A stretch of DNA of 64,000 nucleotides from Magnetococcales bacterium (GTDB lineage Bacteria > Pseudomonadota > Magnetococcia > Magnetococcales > UBA8363): positions 10,315-74,314 of the forward strand of contig JADGCN010000001.1 of assembly GCA_015228975.1 (NCBI GenBank), written 5' to 3'. Numbering within the stretch: position 1 is the first letter of the stretch; each line of letters begins with the position of its first letter. The translations under genes and the position numbers were made by a program. Positions 32,280 through 41,572 of this stretch are shown piece by piece. The notes below the pieces were generated by a model that was not told the origin of the DNA, did not search any database, and saw nothing but the letters and a program-made list of their open reading frames with translations.

Positions 32280-33518
32280 ATGAGCGCAACAGACATTTTC
32301 TTCACACAAGCCCTGTTGGTGATCGGCCTACCCTATTTCATCTGGCGCATACGATGGATACGGAGCCTCATCCCCTTGGTGGTTCTGCAAATTTTGCTGG
32401 GTTTGGGGTTAGGTCCTTCGCTCTTTGGCAAGCTGGCCCCTGATCTCTGGTCCCTCCTTTTTTCTGACGTTGCCATGCAACCCTCGTTGGGGTTGTCGTG
32501 GATGGCCATTGTTCTGTTCACCTTTTTGACCGGCTTGCATTGGCAAACCTCCGAGCTGAAACCCCTCGGCAAGCAATTGGCCTGGATGAGTTTCCTCAGT
32601 TTTCTCGCCCCGGCCTTTCTGGGAACTTTGGCCGGACTTTTCATGGCCAGGCAATTCCCCGAAACCATGGGTCATCATGCCAACCCGTGGCAATTCGCCA
32701 TCGCCATCGGTTTGAGCATCAGCGTCACCGCCTTGCCAGTTCTGGGAGCCATTCTCCGGGAAGTCGGGCTGATGGAACACCGTCTGGGACGCATGTCCAT
32801 TGGCATGGCAGCCGTAAACGATGCTATTTTATGGTGTTTCCTCTCGATTTTTCTTGCCAGTCAGGTCAACGGCGGGGGAACGTTTCACGCCACCTTGATG
32901 ATACCGGTGCGTATTGTTGTCTATGTTTTCATCATGCTGTTCGTCATCAAACCCATTCTCAAATGGATCCTGAAACATTGCGGTATCGCAGGTGATGGTG
33001 GTTTGGTCACGGTGTTTGTCGCCATCTTTGGTTCCGCTTTGGTTTCCGAGGAGATTGGGCTGCACGCCGCCCTGGGTGGATTCCTGGCCGGCATCATCAT
33101 CCCGCATCAGTTCAAACACGGTCTGATAGAACGCATGGAACCTTTGACTGTGGTATTGCTGCTGCCGTTCTTCTTTGCCATGACCGGCATGAAAACTTCT
33201 TTTGATGCCACGTCGGACATGTTTCTGATCATTACGCTGATCGCGGTAATCGTCAGCGTTGCCGGAAAATTCATCGGCATCCTGGTCCCCGCCCGCATCA
33301 CCGGGGAAAGCTGGTCCGATTCCCTGACCCTTGGCATTCTCATGCAAACCAAGGGAATGATGGAGGTCCTCATCCTGACCATCTTCCGGGATGCCAATAT
33401 TATCTCAACGACCTGTTTTTCGGCGATGATGTTCATGGCCATCATCACCACCTCCTTGACCATGCCCTTGCTGCGCGTGGTCACGTTTTGGAAAGAGCGC
33501 ACGGGGGCCAGGGCTTGA
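32280..33518 (+). CDS. Cation:proton antiporter (CPA2 / Na+/H+ exchanger family)
   Basis: About 12 TM helices; LGPSLFG, SVTALPVLGAILRE, AAVND, FFAMTG and GKFIG motifs. Confidence 0.92.
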   Translation: MSATDIFFTQALLVIGLPYFIWRIRWIRSLIPLVVLQILLGLGLGPSLFGKLAPDLWSLLFSDVAMQPSLGLSWMAIVLFTFLTGLHWQTSELKPLGKQLAWMSFLSFLAPAFLGTLAGLFMARQFPETMGHHANPWQFAIAIGLSISVTALPVLGAILREVGLMEHRLGRMSIGMAAVNDAILWCFLSIFLASQVNGGGTFHATLMIPVRIVVYVFIMLFVIKPILKWILKHCGIAGDGGLVTVFVAIFGSALVSEEIGLHAALGGFLAGIIIPHQFKHGLIERMEPLTVVLLLPFFFAMTGMKTSFDATSDMFLIITLIAVIVSVAGKFIGILVPARITGESWSDSLTLGILMQTKGMMEVLILTIFRDANIISTTCFSAMMFMAIITTSLTMPLLRVVTFWKERTGARA

Positions 33519-33699
33519 ACCCGGAAAGATGTCGCCACCTTTTCGGGTTTGACCACAAAACCGCCTGAAATCACGACTTGGAAGTTTATCGAAATAGTGT
33601 TGCGATTCCAGACCTATCCCATGGTCTGAATTTTCATCACAAGTTCGATATCCTTCCAAGTCGGGTGTGCAGACTTGCTCGTGTCATGGGGTTGGATGG

Positions 33700-35703
33700 T
33701 CATGGAGTCCTGAATTTCAGCAATCGCCGACCATTGAAAATCACAAGAAGGCTGGTGCCCATGTCCGCCAGCACGGCCATCCACAGGGTGGCCCCACCCA
33801 AGGCAGCCAATACGAGGAAAAAGCCCTTGATGCCGAGGGCCAAGGCGATGTTCTCCCAGAGGATGCGCCGGGTGGCTCGACCGAGGTGCACGAATTCGCC
33901 AACCTTGCGCAAATCATCGTTCATGATGGCCACATCGGCGGTCTCCAGGGCGGTATCGGTGCCCGTACTTCCCATAGCGATACCAATGGGGGCCCTGGCA
34001 AGAGCCGGGGCATCGTTGATGCCATCCCCCACCATGCCGACGATACCAAAACGGTTGGTCAGCTCCTCAATGGCACGCAATTTTTCATCAGGCAGCAACT
34101 CGGCCCGTACATCCGTGATCCCGGCATGGCGGGCAATGGCCCGGGCGGTAGCCGCATTGTCGCCGGTCAACATGGTTACGGCAATACCCAGATCATGCAG
34201 ACAACGGATCGCCTCGGGGGTGATTTCCCGCATGCGGTCCGCAACGGCGATCACCGCCAAAGGTTCATTGGATGAGGCCAGTACCACCACCGTTTTTTCA
34301 TCCCGTTCCAAAGGGAGGAGGATTTTCTCCACTTCTGGATTGCAGAGGCCGAGTTCTTCCAACAGGCGGTGATTGCCGATGTGATACACTTCCCCCGCAA
34401 TCATTCCCCTGGCACCGCGGCCGCTGAGTGCCTCGAAATGGCGGACGTGCAGGAGTGGACGCGCCTTTTCCCAGGATGCGGTGATGGCGGCGGCCACCGG
34501 ATGTTCGGAATGGGTCTCCAGGCTGGCCGCCAGACGTAATACCTGATCCCGGTTCCGCTCCCCCAGGACGACGAAATCGGTCATTTCCAGGCGACCGTGG
34601 GTCAGGGTACCCGTCTTGTCCAGGGCGATAGCCCTCAGGGCATGGGCCTGTTCCAGATACAGTCCACCTTTGATCAGGATGCCGCGCCGCATCCCGGCGG
34701 CCAGACCACTGACCACCGTGACCGGGGTGGAAATCACCAGGGCGCAGGGACAGGCCACGACCAGCATGACCAATGCCTTGTAGAACCAGACCGAAAATGC
34801 CGCATCGAACAGAAGGGGGGGCACCGTAGCGATCATAGCCGCGATGGTCACCACTGTGGGGGTGTAGTAGCGGGCGAACCGTTCGACAAAGCGTTGCATC
34901 GGCGCACGCTTGGCCTGGGCTTCCTGCAACGTGTCAATGATGCGCGCCAGGGTGGAATGGTTGAAATCGGCGGTAACGCGGTATTCCAACATTCCGGAAC
35001 CATTGATCGATCCCGCGTACAGGGGGTGTCCCGCCTCTTTTGTGACGGGGATGCTTTCGCCGGTGATGGGTGCCTGATTGACACTGGAACGCCCCGACAC
35101 TACCGTTCCATCCAGAGCGATCCGTTCCCCGGGTTTGACACGGGCCAGACGACCCACGGCCACGTGAGCGGCGGCCACGGTTTCCCATGTTCCGTCATCG
35201 GTTTGGATGGTGACGGTTTCCGGGGCCAGGGACATCAGTTCCCGAACGGCATGACGCGCCCGATCCATGGACAGGGCCTCGATCCGTTCGGCCAGTCCGA
35301 ACAGGAAGATCACCATGGCCGCCTCCGGCCATTGGCCGATGAGCATGGCTCCCAATACCGCGAGGCTCATCAAAAAGTTGATATTGAGGGACAGGTGACG
35401 CAAGGCGATCCATCCCCGTTGCAAAGTACCGCGACCGCCGATCAGGATCGAAACCAGCGCCAATCCGGCAATCCAGGGGGAGGACTCGTCCACCCCGCTC
35501 CAGACGAGGATTTCCGCGCCGCAAGCGGCACCACCGGCGACGCTGGTTGCCAGCCACTCCCTTCGGGAAACGGTGGGCGGAACCGGCAGGACACGGGTTT
35601 GATCCCTCCCCGGAGATTCCGCATTATTGGTGGCGCAGCAGGCGCTGGAGCAGCAGGCGAGGGTGTCATCAACGGACATGATCATCTCCGGTGGCAAGTT
35701 CAA
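33700..35703 (-). CDS. Heavy-metal P1B-type ATPase (ZntA/CadA-like)
   Basis: TGES, CPCAL, DKTGTLT, SEHP and GDGINDAP motifs, TM Lys/Asp residues typical of Zn/Cd/Pb pumps; short Cys-rich N-terminus (CCSSACC) in place of an HMA domain. Confidence 0.93.
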   Translation of the reverse strand: MNLPPEMIMSVDDTLACCSSACCATNNAESPGRDQTRVLPVPPTVSRREWLATSVAGGAACGAEILVWSGVDESSPWIAGLALVSILIGGRGTLQRGWIALRHLSLNINFLMSLAVLGAMLIGQWPEAAMVIFLFGLAERIEALSMDRARHAVRELMSLAPETVTIQTDDGTWETVAAAHVAVGRLARVKPGERIALDGTVVSGRSSVNQAPITGESIPVTKEAGHPLYAGSINGSGMLEYRVTADFNHSTLARIIDTLQEAQAKRAPMQRFVERFARYYTPTVVTIAAMIATVPPLLFDAAFSVWFYKALVMLVVACPCALVISTPVTVVSGLAAGMRRGILIKGGLYLEQAHALRAIALDKTGTLTHGRLEMTDFVVLGERNRDQVLRLAASLETHSEHPVAAAITASWEKARPLLHVRHFEALSGRGARGMIAGEVYHIGNHRLLEELGLCNPEVEKILLPLERDEKTVVVLASSNEPLAVIAVADRMREITPEAIRCLHDLGIAVTMLTGDNAATARAIARHAGITDVRAELLPDEKLRAIEELTNRFGIVGMVGDGINDAPALARAPIGIAMGSTGTDTALETADVAIMNDDLRKVGEFVHLGRATRRILWENIALALGIKGFFLVLAALGGATLWMAVLADMGTSLLVIFNGRRLLKFRTP

Positions 35704-35773
35704 TCAATCCATGCCACCATAACACACCCTGGGACGACGATGGGGTCAAGCCTATTTTTTTCAGGAGCATGTC

Positions 35774-38059
35774 ATGCATTCCGGAGAACGGGCCAAATGG
35801 GCGGGCTGCGGTGTGGTGGCGCTGCAACTTTTCGTCATCGGTATGCTGTTGTGTTGCGCGCAGGAGCTTCAGGCGCATGGCCCGGGCCGACCCTTGCGGG
35901 TGGAAATGGGATATTGCGACCCGGATTCCCGGGAGTTGCGCAATGGTCTCAACGTGCAAGCCCATTTTCCGGCGGAGCCGATCCCTTTTTGTTTCCGCAT
36001 GCGCAACCTGGAATCCTTTCCCGTGGCACTCCGTCTGCGTTTTTTGCCCGGTTACATCACGGAAGAGGGCAAGAACGTGTGTCTGCTGAATGATGTGCGT
36101 CAGGCCGCGAGGCATGACAATTTTTTTTGGCAGGGGGAGAGTAAATGCCAGAATCCTTCGCTCCTTCTGGAGCCTGCGGCGAGCAGGGATATCCCGGGTC
36201 AGTGGGTCTATCGACCAGGGGACGGATCGCGTCATAAAAGCAATGCGACGGCCATGGTAGGTTGTGTGCTGGGTGAGGCTTTTCCTTTGGTTCGCGATGA
36301 ACCGGCGCATGTCGCCGGTGTTCATCTCAAGGGGAAACGATCCATGAACATGGCGTTCATCCAGGGTGCGCATGGGATGCAAACCGCACCGCTCCAGGAT
36401 GCGACAGCCTTCCAGGATCATGACCCGGCCTGCGACCCCATCACCCCCTTGCTGGCCGGCTTGGCCGAGAAAAAGGCGACGCCGACCGTGGCGGCGGAAC
36501 ATTCCCAGCACGTTGCCGCCCCACCCATGATGATGACCCATCCCGGTTTGACCGCCGCATGGCTTTGGGCTGCGGGAGTGATGCTGGTGCTGCTGTTCGT
36601 CCATGGCATGATGTCCCCCGCCGTCCTGGATCGCACCCCCCTTGCTTCCGGCATACCCATGACCCGATTGCCCCTGCTGGGGCCATGGACGCGACTGCTG
36701 ACCCGATCACCGTTCCCCCTGGCCGTCGCGAAAGGGATTTCCATCCTCGTTTTTCTGCTGGTCATTCATGCGGGGTTGACCGGCAGCTCGCAGGCGGACG
36801 CCAATTTTGCAACCATCTTCGTGTGGAATTTTTGGTGGCCGTTGGTGATCATCTCGGTGCTGTTCGTGGGTACCGGGTGGTGTGCGATCTGCCCCTGGGA
36901 CGCCTTGGCCACGGCACTGGTGACGTTGCGACTGGTCCGGCGCAGTTCCTTTGAGCCGGGCTTGCAGCGTACCGTCCCGGTTTTTTTGCGCAATGTTTAT
37001 CCCGCCTTGTTGCTTTTCGTCGGGCTCGCCTGGCTGGAATTGGGGTGGGATGCGACAACGCGACCGGCATTGACGGCATACATGGCATTGGTCCTGGTCC
37101 TATTGTCGATCATCTCCTTGTTGGTGTGGCAGAGGAAGGCCTTTTGCCGATATTTTTGCCCTGTGGGGCGGACGATTGGCTTTTATTCCCGGCTTTCCCC
37201 TGTCGCGGTGCGACCGGTAACGCAATCCACATGCGATAGCTGTTCGTCTCTGGCCTGTTATCACGGTACCAGGGAATTCCCCCCCTGTCCGACGCATCTG
37301 ACCGTGGGACGGTTTTCCCAGAATACCTACTGCCTTTCATGCGCGTCATGCCTGCTGACCTGCCCGCAGCGGAATGTGACCTGGCAGGTCCGTTCCATGA
37401 CCACCGAGGCCGCCGGGGTGAGTCGTCCAACTCGGGACGGGGCATGGTTCATGCTGATTTTGCTCGGTACGACGTTGTTTCACGGTTTTTCCATGACCAG
37501 TCATTGGGAGGAATGGCTGGCGGCCATGGTCACACTGACTGGGGAACAGGGTGATCCGGCTTTCAGTTTCGCTTTGGGGATGTTTTTGTTAATCGTGCTA
37601 CCCGTGCCGCTCTATGCCCTTGCCGTTGCCGGGATGACGGCGCGATGGACGGGTGGGGGAATGGACACCTTCAAGAGGGCGTTTGCGGAATTGGCTTTTG
37701 CCACGCTTCCTTTGGCCTTTGTTTATCATCTGGCGCACAATCTGACCCATTTGGTGCGGGAACAGAAAGATTGGCTGCCATTTTTCTTCTCGTCGACGGA
37801 AACGGCGTCATCGCATACCGTCCACCATGACATGGCCCGGCATGCCGCTGCCATGAGCCCGTCATGGGGTACCATGGCACTCTCCCTGACCCAGATCTTG
37901 CTCGTGGCATTGGGGTTTTATCTCTGCATTCAGATTGCGCGTCATCGCGCCATGGCGGATGGTTCCAGGTGGCGCCGTTTGCCCATCATGCTCTTCGGAA
38001 TCCTTGTTTCCACAACATCCCTTTGGCTTTTGTCCCGTGACATGGTGATGCGTTTTTGA
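35774..38059 (+). CDS. Polytopic 4Fe-4S-binding membrane protein (NapH/FixG-like core) with an N-terminal extracytoplasmic domain
   Basis: Signal-like N-terminus; WCAICPW and FCRYFCPVG CxxxCP-type motifs; CDSCSSLAC and CLSCASCLLTCP ferredoxin motif; many TM helices; His-rich loops. Confidence 0.82.
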   Translation: MHSGERAKWAGCGVVALQLFVIGMLLCCAQELQAHGPGRPLRVEMGYCDPDSRELRNGLNVQAHFPAEPIPFCFRMRNLESFPVALRLRFLPGYITEEGKNVCLLNDVRQAARHDNFFWQGESKCQNPSLLLEPAASRDIPGQWVYRPGDGSRHKSNATAMVGCVLGEAFPLVRDEPAHVAGVHLKGKRSMNMAFIQGAHGMQTAPLQDATAFQDHDPACDPITPLLAGLAEKKATPTVAAEHSQHVAAPPMMMTHPGLTAAWLWAAGVMLVLLFVHGMMSPAVLDRTPLASGIPMTRLPLLGPWTRLLTRSPFPLAVAKGISILVFLLVIHAGLTGSSQADANFATIFVWNFWWPLVIISVLFVGTGWCAICPWDALATALVTLRLVRRSSFEPGLQRTVPVFLRNVYPALLLFVGLAWLELGWDATTRPALTAYMALVLVLLSIISLLVWQRKAFCRYFCPVGRTIGFYSRLSPVAVRPVTQSTCDSCSSLACYHGTREFPPCPTHLTVGRFSQNTYCLSCASCLLTCPQRNVTWQVRSMTTEAAGVSRPTRDGAWFMLILLGTTLFHGFSMTSHWEEWLAAMVTLTGEQGDPAFSFALGMFLLIVLPVPLYALAVAGMTARWTGGGMDTFKRAFAELAFATLPLAFVYHLAHNLTHLVREQKDWLPFFFSSTETASSHTVHHDMARHAAAMSPSWGTMALSLTQILLVALGFYLCIQIARHRAMADGSRWRRLPIMLFGILVSTTSLWLLSRDMVMRF

Positions 38060-38479
38060 GAAAGGATCGGATCACAAACGAATCCATTGCGGATCCTCCG
38101 CCACTTTTTCCGCTTATGAAACGTCCCTCCCGCCAATAATATGTCAACCTTGAATGCGTTGTGTCCGATAATAGGGGTACATCCCTTGGACAAGGATGCT
38201 CTCTGATGACCCGGTGGTGACTGCCGCCGGGTCTTTATTTTTTCTAACTTTCGCTATGTGATCGTTGCCCATCCGCCGTGAAGTCGCATTTCTGTTGACC
38301 TTGTTTGTCCTGGAAAAATGGCGTATTTTTCCTCTTTCGCAAGCGCAATATTTTCCCAATGAGAGACTTTCTTGCCGATGCAAGCGCAGAGGCGAAAGTT
38401 ACCCTTTTTGCTGTGCGCAAGGAAGAAACGATTGTTATTTCAGGAGCATGAAATTATTAGCGGGGGGGATTGCAGATCA

Positions 38480-38495
38480 TGGCACATTATTTGAA
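38480..38495 (+). promoter_or_regulatory. Possible sigma54 (-24/-12) promoter
   Basis: TGGCAC-ATTAT-TTGAA about 70 bp upstream of the 38568 ORF; perfect -24 box, -12 has GA instead of GC. Confidence 0.4.
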
Positions 38496-38567
38496 TGCTC
38501 ATAGGACATAATAATAACGAGCCTGCGGGATGGTCCTGCGGGTTGCAAACAATCCAGGAGAGCAGGA

Positions 38568-38813
38568 ATGGCCAGCATTGCAAAACTCGTAGCGATGGAA
38601 TCCATTCTGGAACAGATGACCGGGGAGTTGGTCCTTGACGTGCAGAGTGGGAGGATGATGGTGAGCGAGGAGCTTATGCAAAGCCTGGAATCTTTGGTGG
38701 ATGCCACACGGAAGATCCAGATCGTGCGTGAAAACATGGAAGCGGATGCCAATCTGAATGCCACCGGGGATGAACAGGCGGAGCCGCTATACCGTTTCCG
38801 TTTGGCCTCCTGA
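38568..38813 (+). CDS. Small acidic helical hypothetical protein
   Basis: AGGAG ribosome-binding site before ATG, coherent 81-aa helical sequence, long dedicated upstream region. Confidence 0.75.
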   Translation: MASIAKLVAMESILEQMTGELVLDVQSGRMMVSEELMQSLESLVDATRKIQIVRENMEADANLNATGDEQAEPLYRFRLAS

Positions 38814-38856
38814 ACTTGTGTGCCTGCGCGCCGGTGGGGGGTGGTGGATGCTGGCG

Positions 38857-38887
38857 AAAAAAAGAGGGAGGCGCAATGGCCTCCCTG
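38857..38887 (-). terminator. Rho-independent terminator of the phosphofructokinase gene
   Basis: On the minus strand, stem AGGGAGGC/GCCTCCCT followed by C and a run of seven T, about 25 bp after the stop codon. Confidence 0.8.
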
Positions 38888-38911
38888 ATGCAGTCACTTG
38901 GATTCAGGCGG

Positions 38912-40126
38912 TTATTTTTTGAGAATTTTGGGAACGGCAGGGGATTGTACCCGCGACCAGACTGGGAGACCACCGCCGAGGAGGGGGCGGAGGTAGTCCA
39001 TGAAGGCCGGGGTGATATCGGCGCTGTTGCTGGCGATGAAATTGTCGGACATCACCTTGGTCTTGGCGGCAACGTCTTCCAGGGCGCTCAAGCGGTATTC
39101 GACAGCGTATTCGGCCACCCGATGGATGGTGACAGTCCCGGATTTGCCGCCGTACATGGCGAATTGCACCCCTTTCTGGCCGACTTCACGGGCTTCTCTC
39201 TGGTCGACATCGGAGACGATGCCCAGGAAGGAGCGTTGCAGGTAGCCGAAGGTATCGCCACGCACGCGTTTGATACCCAATTTGCCTTTGATGGAATCGG
39301 TCAGGAGATCAGCCAGGGCGCCGGTGCCGGAGAGTTGCACGTTGCCATGGGCATCCCGTTCCACTTCCTTGGCCAGTTTGGTGGCGATGGCTTGGCCGCT
39401 TTCGTCATGGATCCCTTCCGAGGCGGCGATGATGCAGCGACCGTATTTGCCGTAGGCGGTCTTGACATCGGCCAGGAATTTGTCCATGGAGAAGTTGCGT
39501 TCGGGCAAATAGATCAGATGCGGGCCGTCGGAATCGTAGCGACGCAGCCCGGCAGCGGCGGCAGTCAAGAAACCGGCATGCCGACCCATGACCACGCCCA
39601 CGTAGACACCGGGAAGGGCACGATTGTCGAGATTGGCCCCGGCGAAGGCTGAGGCCACGAAGCGGGCGGCCGAGGGGAATCCCGGGGTGTGGTCGTTGAT
39701 CATCAGGTCGTTGTCGATGGTTTTGGGGATGTGGATACCCACCATCTCATAATTTTCTTTTTTGGCGAAATCGTTGACCAAGCGAATGGTGTCGGAGGAA
39801 TCGTTGCCACCGATGTAGAAGAAGTAGCGGATATCGTGGGCAATCAACACCTTGAGGATTTCGGCGCAATAGGCGGCGTCTGGTTTGTCACGGGTTGAGC
39901 CCATGGCAGAGGCCGGTGTTTCGGCGATCAATTCCAGATTTTGGTCAGTTTCCTGAGTGAGATCAAGGAGGTCTTCCTTGATGATACCGGAGACGCCATG
40001 GTGGGCACCGTAGATACGATCCACATTGGCGTACCGACGGGCTTCCTGGACAATGCCAACGAGGGACTGGTTGATAACCGCCGTTGGGCCACCACCCTGG
40101 GCGACCAATACTTTTCCTTTTTTCAT
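38912..40126 (-). CDS. pfp: 6-phosphofructokinase, predicted PPi-dependent
   Basis: QGGGPTAVIN, GGNDS (Asp at the donor-specificity site), PKTIDND and MGRHAG motifs. Confidence 0.9.
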   Translation of the reverse strand: MKKGKVLVAQGGGPTAVINQSLVGIVQEARRYANVDRIYGAHHGVSGIIKEDLLDLTQETDQNLELIAETPASAMGSTRDKPDAAYCAEILKVLIAHDIRYFFYIGGNDSSDTIRLVNDFAKKENYEMVGIHIPKTIDNDLMINDHTPGFPSAARFVASAFAGANLDNRALPGVYVGVVMGRHAGFLTAAAAGLRRYDSDGPHLIYLPERNFSMDKFLADVKTAYGKYGRCIIAASEGIHDESGQAIATKLAKEVERDAHGNVQLSGTGALADLLTDSIKGKLGIKRVRGDTFGYLQRSFLGIVSDVDQREAREVGQKGVQFAMYGGKSGTVTIHRVAEYAVEYRLSALEDVAAKTKVMSDNFIASNSADITPAFMDYLRPLLGGGLPVWSRVQSPAVPKILKK

Positions 40127-40198
40127 AATTGACTTGCTCCTTTATTTAAGTGGGACAGTTGATTTTTGCAGCCGAAACAGGTTTTCACTGTGGGCGGG

Positions 40199-40504
40199 TT
40201 AGTAAATGAAGAAAGGGGCTTGCCACCAATGGGCATGATTGTGATGATGGTGGTGATGATGACCGTGGTGACACTGGCAACTTTTGGATTCCGGTTTATT
40301 GGCATCAACCGGGGGGGCGGCAACGGATGTGACGGGCGGATCGAACATGCGGACATAGTGGTCGCCATAGATGTGCCACACACCATTGGCATAATAATGG
40401 GTCGGCTGTCCCGGCAAGTCTTGATCGGTTGCGGCGGACAGAGCCAGTGGGGCCATGCTGATGGCCAACCCGCAGGCTGCTGCAATCAAAAGAGATTGTT
40501 TCAT
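40199..40504 (-). CDS. Exported His-rich small protein
   Basis: GGGAGAG ribosome-binding site; Sec-type signal (MKQSLLIAAACGLAISMAPLALSA); C-terminal CQCHHGHHHHHHHNHAHWW. Confidence 0.75.
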   Translation of the reverse strand: MKQSLLIAAACGLAISMAPLALSAATDQDLPGQPTHYYANGVWHIYGDHYVRMFDPPVTSVAAPPVDANKPESKSCQCHHGHHHHHHHNHAHWWQAPFFIY

Positions 40505-40543
40505 TGATCTCTCCCATGGATGAACTGGATGAAGAAAGCCGCC

Positions 40544-40573
40544 ATTATAGAGTTGCCAAAGGTTCGTTGGCAA
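40544..40573 (-). promoter_or_regulatory. Sigma70 promoter with overlapping inverted-repeat operator
   Basis: Minus strand TTGCCA (40573-40568), 18-bp spacer, TATAAT (40549-40544); perfect TTGCCAA-N7-TTGGCAA dyad at 40553-40573. Confidence 0.6.
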
Positions 40574-40762
40574 GGTCTGATTTGCAATAATGATTGAGGG
40601 AAGAGTTTCAGATTTTACTGCCGTTATTGAAGGTGGTATTGTCTGTATGCTTTATTTTTGCGGGTCGTATCGTTTTCGTGGGACTCAAACCGGCAGAAGG
40701 TGCCGGGGTATTGAAGCAACTGACGATCCTTGGTGATTTTGGCATCGTCGTGGAGGTTTGTC

Positions 40763-41428
40763 ATGGATCTCTTCCAGGCAATCGAAGGCAGAAGGTCGGT
40801 ACGTGGTTTTTCAGAGCGTTCGGTTTCGCGACAGATCCTGACGGCGATATTGCAGTGTGCCCGATGGTCACCCTCGGGGGTCAACCTGCAACCGTGGCGC
40901 ATCGAGGTGGTCCAGGGGGAGACTCTAAGAACGTTGGCGGAACGGTTGACAGAGGCGGCAGAGTCCGGGGTGCCCAAGAATCCAGACTATCAATACCATC
41001 CCAACACCTGGAAAGAGCCATACCGGGGGCGGCGTCGGGATTGCGGTTATGGCTTGTTGCACGCCATGGGGATCGACCAGGGGGACGGGGATGGGAGGAA
41101 GCGGGCCTGGCTCGCCAATTATTCCTTCTTCAACGCCCCCGCTGTCATGCTGTTGTTCATGGACCGATCTTTGGGGCAGGGTGCCTGGATGGACATGGGC
41201 ATGTTCGTGCAGACAATCCTGCTCACGGCCCACGCCTATGGCCTGGGGGTGTGCCCGCAGGCCTCCACTGCCGAATATCCCGATATTGTACGCCAGGTTG
41301 TGCATGTGGATCGGCAGTATCTCTTCCTGTGTTCCCTGGCCATGGGATATGCGGACCACGCGGCTCCGGCCAATACCTTGCGTACAACCCGCCTGGAGGT
41401 GGAAGCGTTTGCCCGGTTTCATGGATGA
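40763..41428 (+). CDS. Nitroreductase family protein
   Basis: RRSVRGF, SPSGVNLQPW, FFNAP, DMGMF and GLGVCPQ motifs; GGAGG ribosome-binding site. Confidence 0.93.
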   Translation: MDLFQAIEGRRSVRGFSERSVSRQILTAILQCARWSPSGVNLQPWRIEVVQGETLRTLAERLTEAAESGVPKNPDYQYHPNTWKEPYRGRRRDCGYGLLHAMGIDQGDGDGRKRAWLANYSFFNAPAVMLLFMDRSLGQGAWMDMGMFVQTILLTAHAYGLGVCPQASTAEYPDIVRQVVHVDRQYLFLCSLAMGYADHAAPANTLRTTRLEVEAFARFHG

Positions 41429-41474
41429 CGCGTTGCAAGGGATGTGAGGTGAAGGGGCGCGTAACTTGAACGTG

Positions 41475-41490
41475 CGGCATATATTTTGCT
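41475..41490 (+). promoter_or_regulatory. Candidate sigma54 promoter of the type I secretion operon
   Basis: CGGCAT-ATATT-TTGCT (GG-N10-GC) about 85 bp upstream of the TolC start. Confidence 0.5.
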
Positions 41491-41572
41491 TGCTTGCATA
41501 AAACCTCAAGGACTGGCCATCGTGCATCCGAAAAGGGGTTATTGTCAGCGAAGTCAGCGAGGAGTTGGGAAT

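Noticed and set aside
40578-40600. Fur-box-like GCAATAATGATTG
   Set aside because: Only a half-site match with no complete palindrome.
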